Part shown: positions 21,516 to 32,624 of the stretch, piece by piece
Layout: the number at the start of each line of letters is the position of its first letter
Numbering within the stretch: position 1 is the stretch's first letter
Notes under the pieces: model-generated
What the model saw: only the letters and a program-made list of their open reading frames with translations
Databases searched by the model: none
Told to the model about the DNA's origin: nothing
Program-made: the position numbers and the translations under genes
Source: Octopus bimaculoides
Lineage: Eukaryota
Assembly (NCBI RefSeq): GCF_001194135.2
Contig: NC_069004.1
Location: 23,588,749 to 23,642,255, forward strand
Direction of reading: 5' to 3'
DNA length: 53,507 nt

Positions 21516-22670
21516 TAAGTGATTAAGGACTAATGATAATGATTAAATAAATGAATAAGGACTAATGATAAAACTAATAAATAGATAGTTAGTCTACATA
21601 ACTGTGAGAGGAGAATAGGGCTGGTTTCTCTGGTGTGTGTATTCCTCCCTGGAGGAGATGCTGGTCTGTCGCAGGAGTAATCATTTTTACCTGCTGAGTG
21701 GGCGGGAACATGAAATGAAGCATTGCCCAGTCCAGGAATTGAAATCACAATCTTATGATCAAGAGTTGAACACCCTAACCACTAAGCCATGTGTTTCCAC
21801 TGTAAATAGATGGTAATAATGACATTGTCAAAATAAATGAATGAATATGATAAGGATTAAATAGATATATGAATAAAGTTGGAAAACGGTAGAGTCTAAA
21901 TAAACGAATGAAGTTGGCTAAAGAGAGAGAGAGAGAGAGAAAGAGAAAGAGAGAGAGATAGAGAGATAGAGAAAGAAAAAGAGAAATTGTTTGAGAGCGA
22001 GAGAGAAGATGAGTAAAAGATTGCTAAGAATCAGGTTTAAATATAAAAACTAATGAAGCATGTTAATGTATTGATTTCTTACAATAGATTTCTCTTAAGG
22101 CTATGTTCATTTTATTGATTTAGTATTGGGTCATTGGAGAATTATTGTTGTGTTAGTAATGGTTTATAGTTTGGTAATATTATTGGTTAGTATGGGGTCA
22201 CAGTATAGAGCCTTAGTACAGGGTCATAGTATGAAGCCAGGGTGTAACATTGTATTATTTATCGAATGGCGTTTATTCTTTTATTGCTTTCTCTCCACAT
22301 ACATTATTAACCCCTTTTAGCAATATCTTTCACCTTTTACTTGTGTCAGTCATTAGACTGTGACCATGCTGGGGCACTGCCTTGAAAGGTTACGTCAAAC
22401 AAATTGACCCCCCTCATCATCATCATCATCATTGTCATCATTTAACATCTCTTTTCCTTGTTGGCATGGGTTGGACGGTCTGACGAGCTGGCGAGCCAGA
22501 GGACTGCAGCAAACTCCAGTTGTCTGTTTTGGCATGGTTTTTTTTCCAGCTGGATGCTCTTCCTAATGCCAACCACTTTACAGATTAGACTCTGTGTGTG
22601 TATATGTGTCTACATTACATATGTATGTATGTATGTGTGTATGCATGTATGCATACATGTATGTATGTAT

Positions 22671-22742
22671 TCCCTTGTTGTCTAGTGGTCAGGATTTCTG
22701 GTTTTCACCAACAAAGCCTAGAATCAATTCCAGACAACCAGA
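22671..22742 (+). pseudogene. tRNA-Glu(TTC)-like pseudogene
   Basis: TCCCTTGTTGTCTAGTGGTCAGGATTTCTGGTTTTCACC... follows the metazoan tRNA-Glu 5' half (TCCC.GGTGGTCTAGTGG.TAGGAT...TT-TTC-AC). The T-arm and acceptor 3' strand are decayed. Confidence 0.6.
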
Positions 22743-23024
22743 CTTGGGAATGCATAGGTTTTCACAAGCATAGATAGGCATGGGCCATATGGTTAAGTTT
22801 GCTTCCTATCCACGTAGTTCCAGGTTCAGTCTCACTGCATGGTACCTTGGGCAAGCGTCTTCTACTATAGCCCCAGTCCAACCAAAGCCTTGTGAGTGGA
22901 TTTGGAAAGTAGAAACTGAAAGAAGCCCATTGTGTATATAAATATATTTTGTTTTATTCATTTACTTGTTTCACTCATTTGACTGCAGCCATGCTGGAGC
23001 ACCGCATGTATTGTGCGTATCCTT

Positions 23025-23241
23025 ACTCTTTTACTTGTTTCAATCATTTGATTGTGGCCATGCTGGAGCACCACCTTTAGTCGAGCTAATCGACCCCTGG
23101 ACTTATTCTTTGTAAGCCTAGTACTTATTCTATTGATTTCTTTTGCTGAACCGCTAAGTTACGGGGACGTAAACACACCAGCATCAGTTGTCAAGCAATG
23201 TTGGGGGGACAAACATACACACACACACACACACACACACA

Positions 23242-23285
<44 letters not shown>

Positions 23286-23293
23286 TATATCTA

Positions 23294-23345
<52 letters not shown>

Positions 23346-23510
23346 TATATGATGGGCTTCTTTCAGTTTCCATCTACCAAATCCACTCACAAGGCTTTGG
23401 TCGGCCTGAGGCTATAGTAGAAGACACTTGCCCAAGGTGACACGCAGTGGGACTGAACCCGGAACCATGTGGTTGGTAAGCAAGCTACTCACCACACAGC
23501 CACTCCTACA
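23025..23510 (-). mobile_element. SINE family A, full copy with expanded internal microsatellite
   Basis: Complete reverse-complement copy; the internal CA/TA tract is about 135 bp (23215-23350). Confidence 0.92.
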
Positions 23511-24130
23511 CCTATATATATTGTCTATATATATTACATGGTAGCTGTAAATGATCATCAGCGTCATACAAGTGAGGTTGTTCATTTCTAGTCTTTTGTG
23601 AAAAACATGAACAAATATTACTTTACTAAGAAAGAGGTGAGGGTTGGTGACAAGAAGGGTACCCAGCTGTAGAAATTCTGCCTGAGAAAATTCCCTCTGA
23701 CCCATGCAACATAGGAAAGTGGATGTTAAAAAAAGATGGTGGTGGTGGTGGTGGCACTGGTGGTGTTGTATCATCATCATCATCGCCATTTTAACAACCA
23801 CTTGTTTGTGTTTCATGTGGTTGGATGAGACGACATCAGAGCAGAGATTTTATGGTTGGATACTCTTCCCGAGGCTGACCCTCGCTTGTTTTGCAAACAA
23901 ACAAAAAGTGCCTTAGTCTTCTGAACAATGAACAACAGTGATGTAGTTAGGCAGAGAACTGAAAACAAGTGATACTGTTTGAATGAAGTTTTTCTTTACA
24001 AGAATTGCACATAGCAAGACATGGCAAGACGTAGCAGACTGCATGCAAAGGATGCTGTCTGTGTGAGCAGTGAGGCAGTTGATTACAGTGAGCAAATGCA
24101 AAGAGGACGGGAGATATGAACTCACTCGCT

Positions 24131-24233
<103 letters not shown>

Positions 24234-24517
24234 ATTCACTCACTCAGAGTAGACTTTTTCACTTTCTGTCTACTAATTTCACTCACAAGATATTGGTGAG
24301 TCCACAGCTATAGTAACATAGTATAGGAAGTCAGCTGACAGCATTCACAGAGTGGGACTGAACTCCTAGCTGTGTGGTTCCAATGTAAACTTCTCAACAA
24401 TGAAGCTATTATATATGTGTGTGTGTGTGTGCATACTTATATGTGTGTGTGTATATCTATTTATAACTATAAATATAAGTATTTATACATATATCTGTAT
24501 CTATCGATATATCTATG

Positions 24518-24575
<58 letters not shown>

Positions 24576-24998
24576 NNNNNNNNNNNNNNNNNNNNNNNNN
24601 NNNNNNNNNNNNNNNNNNNNNNNNNNNNNNNNNNNNNNNNNNNNNNNNNNNNNNNNNNNNNNNNNAAAAAAAAAAAAAAAAAACTGTAAAATTAATATAA
24701 AATAATTAAGTAAAAGTCCTATAACGACAACAACGACAGCAACAGGAATGATGATAAAACTACAGCAATATTAGAATTTTAAGTTAAAAAAAAAATTATT
24801 GAAAAAAATTAAAAACTTGCAATGTAGTAATACACCAAATCATTATTTCATTAAATTATTATTCAATTCGTTATATTTTTTAAAGTTTTTCCCATATCTT
24901 TTAAAGTAGCAGCTAAAAAAGAATTACAATTTTTGTTGTTGTTAATGTTTTTTTTCGTTTCTAAAAATATATATTTATTCTTTTTTTAATTCAAAATA

Positions 24999-25028
24999 TC
25001 ATGTAACGACATAATCCCATAATTCCCT
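24999..25028 (-). CDS. Candidate short terminal exon (RELWDYVVT*)
   Basis: Acceptor TTTGGTTTTTTTTTCTTTAACCAG, then AGG GAA TTA TGG GAT TAT GTC GTT ACA TGA, followed by ~300 bp of repeat-free AT-rich UTR-like sequence containing AATAAA. Confidence 0.3.
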   Translation of the reverse strand, partial: RELWDYVVT

Positions 25029-25349
25029 CTGGTTAAAGAAAAAAAACCAAATACAAAAAAAAAGATGACAACAAAAAAACTGACTTAACAAAACAAGATG
25101 AAGAAAATAATAAAATAAAAAGACAGTAGTAATAACACCAACAGCAGTAACAACAACAATAAGAATTGTAATTCTTTGATGTGTTTCAATTTTCCTGTCT
25201 CTGATTAATATTTCTAATGAGTGCAAAAATGTTTCCTTCGTACAAACGCAAGACAATGGCTTCTTGGTTAAGAAGGTCATTTCACAACCTCGTGGTTCAG
25301 TGTTTGATTCTACAATGTGACATCTCGGATGAGTATCTTCTGCTCTCAG

Positions 25350-25736
25350 TGGAGGCGCAATGGCCCAGTGGTTAGGGCAGCGGACTCGCGGTCATAGGAT
25401 TGTGGTTTCGATTCCCAGACCGGGCGTTGTGAGTGTTTATTTAGCGAAAACACCTAAAAGCTCTACAAGGCTCCGGCAGGGGATGGTGGCGAACCCTGCT
25501 CTACTCTTTCACCACAACTTTCTCTCACACTTACTTCCTGTTTCTGTTGTGCCTGTAATTGAAAGGGCCAGCCTTGTCACACTGTGTCATGCTGAATATC
25601 TCCCGAGAACTACGTTAAGGGTACACGTGTCTGTGGAGTGCTCAGCCACTTGCACGTTAATTTCACGAGCAGACTGTTCTGTTGATCGGATCAACTGGAA
25701 CCCTCAACGTCGTAAGCGATGGAGTGCCAACAACAT
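25350..25736 (+). mobile_element. tRNA-derived SINE (possibly octopus OR-type, tRNA-Arg related)
   Basis: GGAGGCGCAATGGCCCAGTGGTTAGGGCAGCGGACTCGCGGTCATAGGATTGTGGTTTCGATTCCC has A and B boxes; ends GATGGAGTGCCAACAAC; CpG-rich, so young. Family name from memory. Confidence 0.8.
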
Positions 25737-26793
25737 CTTCTGCTCTGCCATTGTCTAAGGGATGAACCAAAGTTCTTGCGAGGGAAATTTAGTTGAAGGA
25801 GAACGGTGAAGGAATCTGTTGTGGATGTTGTTATTGTCATCGTTTTTGTAGTTATCACCACCATCATCATCATCATCATCATTGCTTTTGGGTCTGAATG
25901 CATTTTCTGTCTGCGACCAACCATTTAAGGTTTTTTCACAACACAGAGACATGCTGTACCTTTATATATATATATANNNNNNNNNNNNNNNNNNNNNNNN
26001 NNNNNNNNNNNNNNNNNNNNNNNNNNNNNNNNNNNNNNNNNNNNNNNNNNNNNNNNNNNNNNNNNNNNNNNNNNNNNNNNNNNNNNNNNNNNNNNNNNNN
26101 NNNNNNNNNNNNNNNNNNNNNNNNNNNNNNNNNNNNNNNNNNNNNNNNNNNNNNNNNNNNNNNNNNNNNNNNNNNNNNNNNNNNNNNNNNNNNNNNNNNN
26201 NNNNNNNNNNNNNNNNNNNNNNNNNNNNNNNNNNNNNNNNNNNNNNNNNNNNNNNNNNNNNNNNNNNNNNNNNNNNNNNNNNNNNNNNNNNNNNNNNNNN
26301 NNNNNNNNNNNNNNNNNNNNNNNNNNNNNNNNNNNNNNNNNNNNNNNNNNNNNNNNNNNNNNNNNNNNNNNNNNNNNNNNNNNNNNNNNNNNNNNNNNNN
26401 NNNNNNNNNNNNNNNNNNNNNNNNNNNNNNNNNNNNNNNNNNNNNNNNNNNNNNNNNNNNNNNNNNNNNNNNNNNNNNNNNNNNNNNNNNNNNNNNNNNN
26501 NNNNNNNNNNNNNNNNNNNNNNNNNNNNNNNNNNNNNNNNNNNNNNNNNNNNNNNNNNNNNNNNNNNNNNNNNNNNNNNNNNNNNNNNNNNNNNNNNNNN
26601 NNNNNNNNNNNNNNNNNNNNNNNNNNNNNNNNNNNNNNNNNNNNNNNNNNNNNNNNNNNNNNNNNNNNNNNNNNNNNNNNNNNNNNNNNNNNNNNNNNNN
26701 NNNNNNNNNNNNNNNNNNNNNNNNNNNNNNNNNNNNNNNNNNNNNNNNNNNNNNNNNNNNNATATATATATATATATATATATATATAGAACA

Positions 26794-26824
26794 TTGATAA
26801 GGAGCAAATACCTTGAAACTAGTC
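26794..26824 (+). ncRNA. Degenerate hammerhead-like motif
   Basis: TTGATAA-GGAGCAAATACCTT-GAAAC-TA-GTC. Palindromic helix III (ACUAGU) and a GUC triplet are intact; the CUGANGA box has 2 changes and the helix I 5' strand is missing. Confidence 0.5.
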
Positions 26825-26993
26825 TGTAGGTGCCAGACCAGCAAGGAGAAGTGGCTGACCTCCCCTGTTCAAAGGTTGTAATGGACACAGGTTCATGTGT
26901 CACATAGCTAGCTAGAGGCGATGGCCTCTTGAAGCTAATCAACGGCAGCATTCATCCTATTTTTCTGGACTGCCATGTTAGCTTGGCAATAAC

Positions 26994-27036
<43 letters not shown>

Positions 27037-27668
27037 CTGTAAATAATATGTTACAATTATTCTGTAGCCATGATAAAACTCCAAGTTTTGGATGTTGGCC
27101 AGTTATCTGGCCATCGAAAAAATGCTATGAAAATTACCGTTATACAAAGGGAAATTACTGTGTGATTGGCTGTTATTAAGACAAAAGACCTATTAGAATG
27201 ACTCCTAAATAAGGGGAGGGTGTAAAGGTAAGGGAGTAAAAATGTCCATAGTATTCGCGTAAGCATGCATGTCCATACATACATATGCGCGCCCGCACAC
27301 CCACGTACATGCACCTATATGTATCTGCTCATCCACCCTCACTTGAAACACACACATGCTCATCCACACATTCGCCTAAAAATATATATATACCCGCATA
27401 CACGCTTGCACACACATGTGCGCAACATGCTTGCACACATACACACGCACACAAAATAGGTTCATACACATGTCTATATATGCACATGCACAAGAAAAAA
27501 CAGGGCTAAAGGCAAAATGCAGAAAAAAGTGTAAAAATGTGTAAAAAAGCAATAAAGGTAAAACACGTCTATATACACATTCTCGCATGCATGCACACTC
27601 ACACACGTCTATATATGCATGTACCCGCACACATGCACACATCCACAAGAGCGCACAAAAAGTTCCAT

Positions 27669-27819
27669 GGGTATATAGTGTAGTGGTTAAGAGCGTGGGC
27701 TACTAACCCCAAGATTCTGAGTTCGATTCCAGGCAGTGACCTGAATAATAATAATAATAATAACATCGAAAAGTACCTTAGGAATGAGAACCCAGGTTCG
27801 AAATTTCCCCAAGACACCT
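27669..27819 (+). mobile_element. SINE family H, third copy (cut by gap at the start of the hammerhead)
   Basis: GGGTATATAGTGTAGTGGTTAAGAGCGTGGGCTACTAACCCCAAGATTCTGAGTTCGATTCCAGGCAGTGACCTG-(AAT)n-...CCCCAAGACACCT|NNN. Confidence 0.88.
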
Positions 27820-27875
27820 NNNNNNNNNNAATGATCTAATTAAATCCCACAGAGAGACTTAAGCAGCAGTGTTAC

Positions 27876-28420
27876 GATAAAGCAGTTGTTTACTGTCAAC
27901 TTAATGTGACAGACCCATTAAGGGAATCATACTGCTGCTATTTAGCCCTAGGAAGCTGGATCGCTTCCTGTTGGCCTTGACACATTTCCTGTGTTCTTAT
28001 ATTTGTGAAGGGGAGACAAGCACCTCCACCCAGCCTAGCCTGCATTCAGGGACATGTTTCTGAGTCTTTGCTCGTCATCAGCCTGAAGTAGCACGACCAG
28101 CTGGCTGAAGATGCCTGTCAACCTCTCACAAATATATATATTTATTGTGAAAACACATTCACTGATTACAAATAGAAATATATATATTTGTGAGAGGTTG
28201 ACAGACACGTTCAGCCAGCTGGTCATGCTACAGAAACATGTCCCTGAATGCAGGCTAGGCTAGGTGGAGGTGCTTGTCTCCCCTTCACAAACATAAGGAC
28301 ATAGGAAATGTGTCAAGGCCGACAGGAAGCGGTCCAGCTTCCTAGGGCTAAATAGCAGCAGTATGATTCCCTTATTGGGACTGTCACATTAAGTTTAACA
28401 GTATACAACTGCTTTATATC
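27876..28420. repeat. ~545-bp imperfect palindrome (arms ~27876-28143 and ~28176-28420)
   Basis: The arms are reverse complements with scattered substitutions; the right arm lacks 26 nt present in the left arm. Confidence 0.95.
28045..28087 (-). ncRNA. Near-intact minimal type I hammerhead ribozyme motif
   Basis: TTCAGG-CTGATGA-C-GAG-CAAAGA-CTC-A-GAAA-CATG-TC^CCTGAA. Perfect 6-bp helix I, full core, palindromic ACAUGU helix III and GUC triplet (predicted cut between plus positions 28051 and 28050). The helix II closing pair is C.A. Confidence 0.8.
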
Positions 28421-28431
28421 TAAAGATATTT

Positions 28432-28641
28432 ATCAAAATAAGCAACAAGGATATCCAAAGTTAATGCAGTACGATCGTTTCATGCGACTCCATTTAATTA
28501 AGCAATGTAAACATTACATCAAATATAAAATGCAGCTCTGCATTTTACATTTGATGTAATGTTCACATTGCTTAGATAAACAGAGTTGCATGAAACGATC
28601 GGACTGCATTAACTTTGGATATCCTTGTTGCTTATTTTGAT
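28432..28641. repeat. 210-bp foldback / MITE-like hairpin
   Basis: ATCAAAATAAGCAACAAGGATATCCAAAGTTAATGCAGT... pairs with ...ACTGCATTAACTTTGGATATCCTTGTTGCTTATTTTGAT; centre TGCAGCTCTGCA. Confidence 0.92.
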
Positions 28642-28740
28642 TTTAATCACCTTATTTTGGAATTGTATGGACAATACCATACTTAATTCTGGTGCCTAAA
28701 CTTAAGTACCATATTCACCTTGAATCAAAATTTTCTATAC

Positions 28741-28823
<83 letters not shown>

Positions 28824-30061
28824 TATATATATGTGTGTATTTATGCATTTTAATAAAGGAATGCGTGTAAAGAAGAGATTCTCCTCATAACCTCTTGAAA
28901 TAAACTAAGCTAAAATAAAATAATCTAAAACCTACAGAGTTTTCTAGATCGATCATTTAACAAATAAGAATTCAATTATATCACTTAATTATTGTGTAAT
29001 TAACCATTCATAGATCGGAAATTACATCAGCTGCTATATACAATAGCAGAAGAGGTTTGCATGCATGTATGTGTGTATGTGTCTGTATGATTCATGTTGT
29101 GTGTTTGAGAGTGACAGAGAGTGTATATGTACATGTGTGTGTGTGTGATGTGTCCTAGATTTTTGCTTTTGTTATATAATTATTTTTCTTCTATATTTTC
29201 TTTTCCCCCCACCATGTGTGTTACTTTCTTCCCATCCTGTCATATCTTATTTCTTTACCTCTTTTCCTTGTTTGATTCTTGTTGGTTGGCAGAGATGTTA
29301 GTCTATTGGGTAAAATGCTTTGCAGAACTTGTTCCAGCTCTTTTTGTGGTGAGTTCAATTCCTGCTGAGTTCAACTTTCATCATTTCAATGTGAATAAAT
29401 AGTAAGCAATTCTCAAGGGAGCTGAACAGCAGAAGGTCTTGAGAGAAGAAACCCCCACCTCTGGCAAGTGCCTTGGCCCTTAACTTCTTACATTCTAAGT
29501 GGGCATTTAAACTGCTTGGAGATTTCATTTGTGACCAACTCATCTTTCATTCAGACATAGTGTATCTAGGACTACATTATCTAATGTATATTGTGTAGAG
29601 GTAAGAAATTTCAAGCAAGCTGAACTGCAAAAAGTCTTTGGAGAAGAAGCTTTCCTTAAGTAAGTGTCTCGGCCCTTAACTTCTTATACTCTAAGGGGAA
29701 AAGGCTGCACCCAGGTTATGACATCTGGGTGCCCTTTTGCTGACACTTTTGAGACATTTGAATATGGGAGACTTGTGCATTTTGTCATTCATCCTTTTGG
29801 GGTTGATTAAATAAAGTACCAATCAAGTACTGGAACCCTGCATTGGTGAACCCTGTCTTTTCAGAATTGCTTGTCTTGTATCTAATAATTATTAAATGTG
29901 GTAAGGCAGTGAGCTTTGATATTTTGGATTCATTTCCCAGGCCTGTTTCCAGAATTTGTCTTGGGGAAGGAGTGAGTTGGACAGTGCTACCTTTCATTGC
30001 ATTTCTTGTCATAATTTCAGTTTATATGGTATCATTTAATATTTGTTTAATTTTTTTACAG

Positions 30062-30133
30062 AATTACTACCGTGCAAAATATTCAATCTCAAGGAAACAA
30101 GTCTTCAAGTGAACTCCTATATACATCTCCGCA
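30062..30133 (+). CDS. Candidate internal 72-nt symmetric exon
   Basis: Acceptor ATTTGTTTAATTTTTTTACAG and consensus donor GCA|GTAAGT. Two open frames: (E)LLPCKIFNLKETSLQVNSYIHLR (phase 1-1) or ITTVQNIQSQGNKSSSELLYTSP (phase 2-2). Confidence 0.5.
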
Positions 30134-30152
30134 GTAAGTGTCTGTCTGAGTA

Positions 30153-30600
30153 TTTTTTCTCTCCTTTTTTTCTCTCCTTTTTTTCTCTCCTTTTTTCTCT
30201 CCTTTTTTCTCTCCTTTTTTTTCTCTCCTTTTTTNNNNNNNNNNTTTTTTCTCTCCTTTTTTTCTCTCCTTTTTTTCTCTCCTTTTTTCTCTCCTTTTTT
30301 CTCTCCTTTTTTTCTCTCCTTTTTTTCTCTCCTTTTTTTTCTTTCCTTTTTTTTCTCTCCTTTTTTTCTCTCTCCTTTTTTTCTCTCCTTTTTTCTCTCC
30401 TTTTTTTTCTCTCCTTTTTTTCTCTCCTTTTTTCTCTCCTTTTTCTCTCTCCTTTTTTCTCTCCTTTTTTTCTCTCTTTTTTTCTCTCCTTTTTTTTCTC
30501 TCCTTTTTTTTCTCTCCTTTTTTTCTCTCTCCTTTTTTTCTCTCCTTTTTTCTCTCCCTGTTTTTTTCTGTCCTTGTTTTTTTCTCTGCTTGTTTCTTTC
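30153..30600 (+). repeat. Polypyrimidine minisatellite (T5-8CTCTCC)n
   Basis: About 445 bp of TTTTTCTCTCC-type units with a 10-N gap. Confidence 0.97.
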
Positions 30601-30604
30601 TGTG

Positions 30605-30645
30605 TTCCTTTCTGTTGAAGAGCATAGGCTCGAAACGTTAAAGAC
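30605..30645 (+). ncRNA. Degenerate hammerhead-like motif at start of a PLE-type tail
   Basis: TTGAAGA-GCATAGGCTC-GAAAC-GT-T-AAAGA. ACGU palindrome; C3 replaced by U; helix I imperfect. Confidence 0.6.
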
Positions 30646-31298
30646 TTTCTCTATTCCCGAACGTTATACTAATACATCTATTTGTTGTCTACACCACCTG
30701 TCTTCATCTGTTGTTTTTTCGTGAATTCTCCCTATTTTATATTAACATTTGTTTTTATGTTGAGTTATGATAAAAACAATTTTACATTAATCTGATGGGT
30801 TACTCTATACTTTTGTAGAGTATAACTTTATTATTCGTAAACAAGAATGTTGTTGACAGTGACTTTGAAGTTTTGTCCAGCTAAGCCATATCAGTGTTTC
30901 CTAAACTTTTTTGAATTTCCACCTCCTTTTTGGATTACATATCCCATCAAACCTCCCACCTGAAGTCAATCAAAAATAACTCATCAAAATTTAGATGTCA
31001 AATAATTGCTTATTGTTTTAGCATTTTTTTGCCTTATCAAAAATATAATTGAATAAAAATATCTATAATAGAATTATATGAAAGATGGGCTTCTTGTGAG
31101 GAGATTTATTTTGCCATATTCAGCTGAACAGTAATAAGTAGTATCCTTAAATCACCCTTTTTGACTTCTTGTAGTCAGCTTCTCTTTTCCATCAAAAAGT
31201 GTGAAATAGCTTCAGCTCTTTAGCATCTGAAAATAATTCTGCTTGTTTCTCCGTTACTTAGCTCGTCTGTGACACTTCCATGAGATTAGTTGAATTAA

Positions 31299-31390
31299 GG
31301 AGGAGGGAGGGGATGAGAGGGAGGAAGAGGATGAGAGGGAGGAAGGGGATGAGAGGGAGGAAGGGGATGAGAGGGAGGGAGGAGAGAGGT
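31299..31390 (+). repeat. 18-bp purine-rich tandem repeat (GGGATGAGAGGGAGGAAG)n
   Basis: About four near-identical units. Confidence 0.9.
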
Positions 31391-31789
31391 AGGTAAGGGA
31401 AGGGAGGTGATGGTGAGTGAAATGTGTAAATTTGCTTTTGAGTTAAGTTTCTTTTTCTCCATCCCTTAACCCATCTGTGATGCTGTCCCATGATTAGTCG
31501 AAGGGAAAGGCAAAGAGCGAAAGGAAAAGGAGAGAGAAAAAGAGAGTAAGGCAAAGAGGGAGAGAGAAAGAGGGAGAGTGCTGTGTATTAAATCTATAAA
31601 ATTCTGCATAAAGTATATAAAGTGTATATAGTAATCATTGTATTCCAATTTCCTTCACTTTTCAATGATTAGCAGATGAGTGACTATATTTTGCTACAGA
31701 CACAACACAGGCTATGCTTTCAGGTTTCTTGGATAAAGTTTTCAGAAATAACCCAATAAGTTAACCATTAATTCTGTGAAATATTCATG

Positions 31790-32011
31790 GGTCCCATTAG
31801 TTCAGATTATTCTGTCAAATGTAATATTTAAACATTTACATTGTTTTGAATTAACCATGCATTATCTTGAAACTTTGAGATTTTGAATCTGTGATTGTTT
31901 ATTTTTTAGAATGACATTATAGGGTAGGTATGAAAAGCCAGATCTGATCAGTTTGAATATAAAACAGATAGAATATTTGCGCTCCATGTGGCCGGTTGAA
32001 ATGCTAAAGGG
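31790..32011 (-). mobile_element. piggyBac-type MITE
   Basis: Terminus ATGCTAAAGGG|TTAA at 32011-32015; body shared with 19455-19632 and 35637-36170. Confidence 0.75.
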
Positions 32012-32624
32012 TTAACTATACATTCAACTAAATATGATGAGTTGAACATAATTAGGAACTTTTTCACAATAGCACACAATTTTAGACAAAGGATTTCATA
32101 AAGATTTATAACTTTATGCTTTAATCAAGAATGATGTTACCCATTTTGTAAATTTGATTGTCAACTCTTGGTTGTTTTTTTTTTTTTAAATTCAATGAAA
32201 TGCAGAATATAACAGGTTTCATTAACTTAAATTTTTCTAACAGTCGTCTTCAGAGAAATGTAAAAGAGATTTAAGTATCCATGATAAATTATACATATGT
32301 GTGTGTGTATGTATATATGTGTGTATATGTATATATATATATCATGTGTACATAAATATATATATATCCTTTCAATTTGTAAAGGGTAAATGCCTCTGAG
32401 TGTACTCATAAAAGCTCCTGTGCTGTTTGTTGTTGGCTACTGCTTATTATTCCCATCTTCCAGAGTAATCTTATGAGATTGTTATGTATGCAGAACTCTG
32501 CATGTGAGAATATAGTCTCAAACAAACATCTGTTATGCAGAAACATATGTAGCTATGCATTAATGAAATATATAAATTTCTATCTAAAAACTTTTCATCA
32601 TTACTTTATATATATATATATATA

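Noticed and set aside
27669-27740. Possible functional tRNA with ACT anticodon
   Set aside because: Head of SINE family H: imperfect anticodon and acceptor stems and continuous with the repeat body.
30089-30625. Lys/Glu/Arg-rich 178-aa ORF and its Phe/Leu/Ser-rich antisense ORF
   Set aside because: Translation of the pyrimidine minisatellite.
31040-31190. ISSQEAHLSYN (minus) resembling the Tc1/mariner FSDEAHF motif
   Set aside because: A single weak motif with no supporting flanking similarity.
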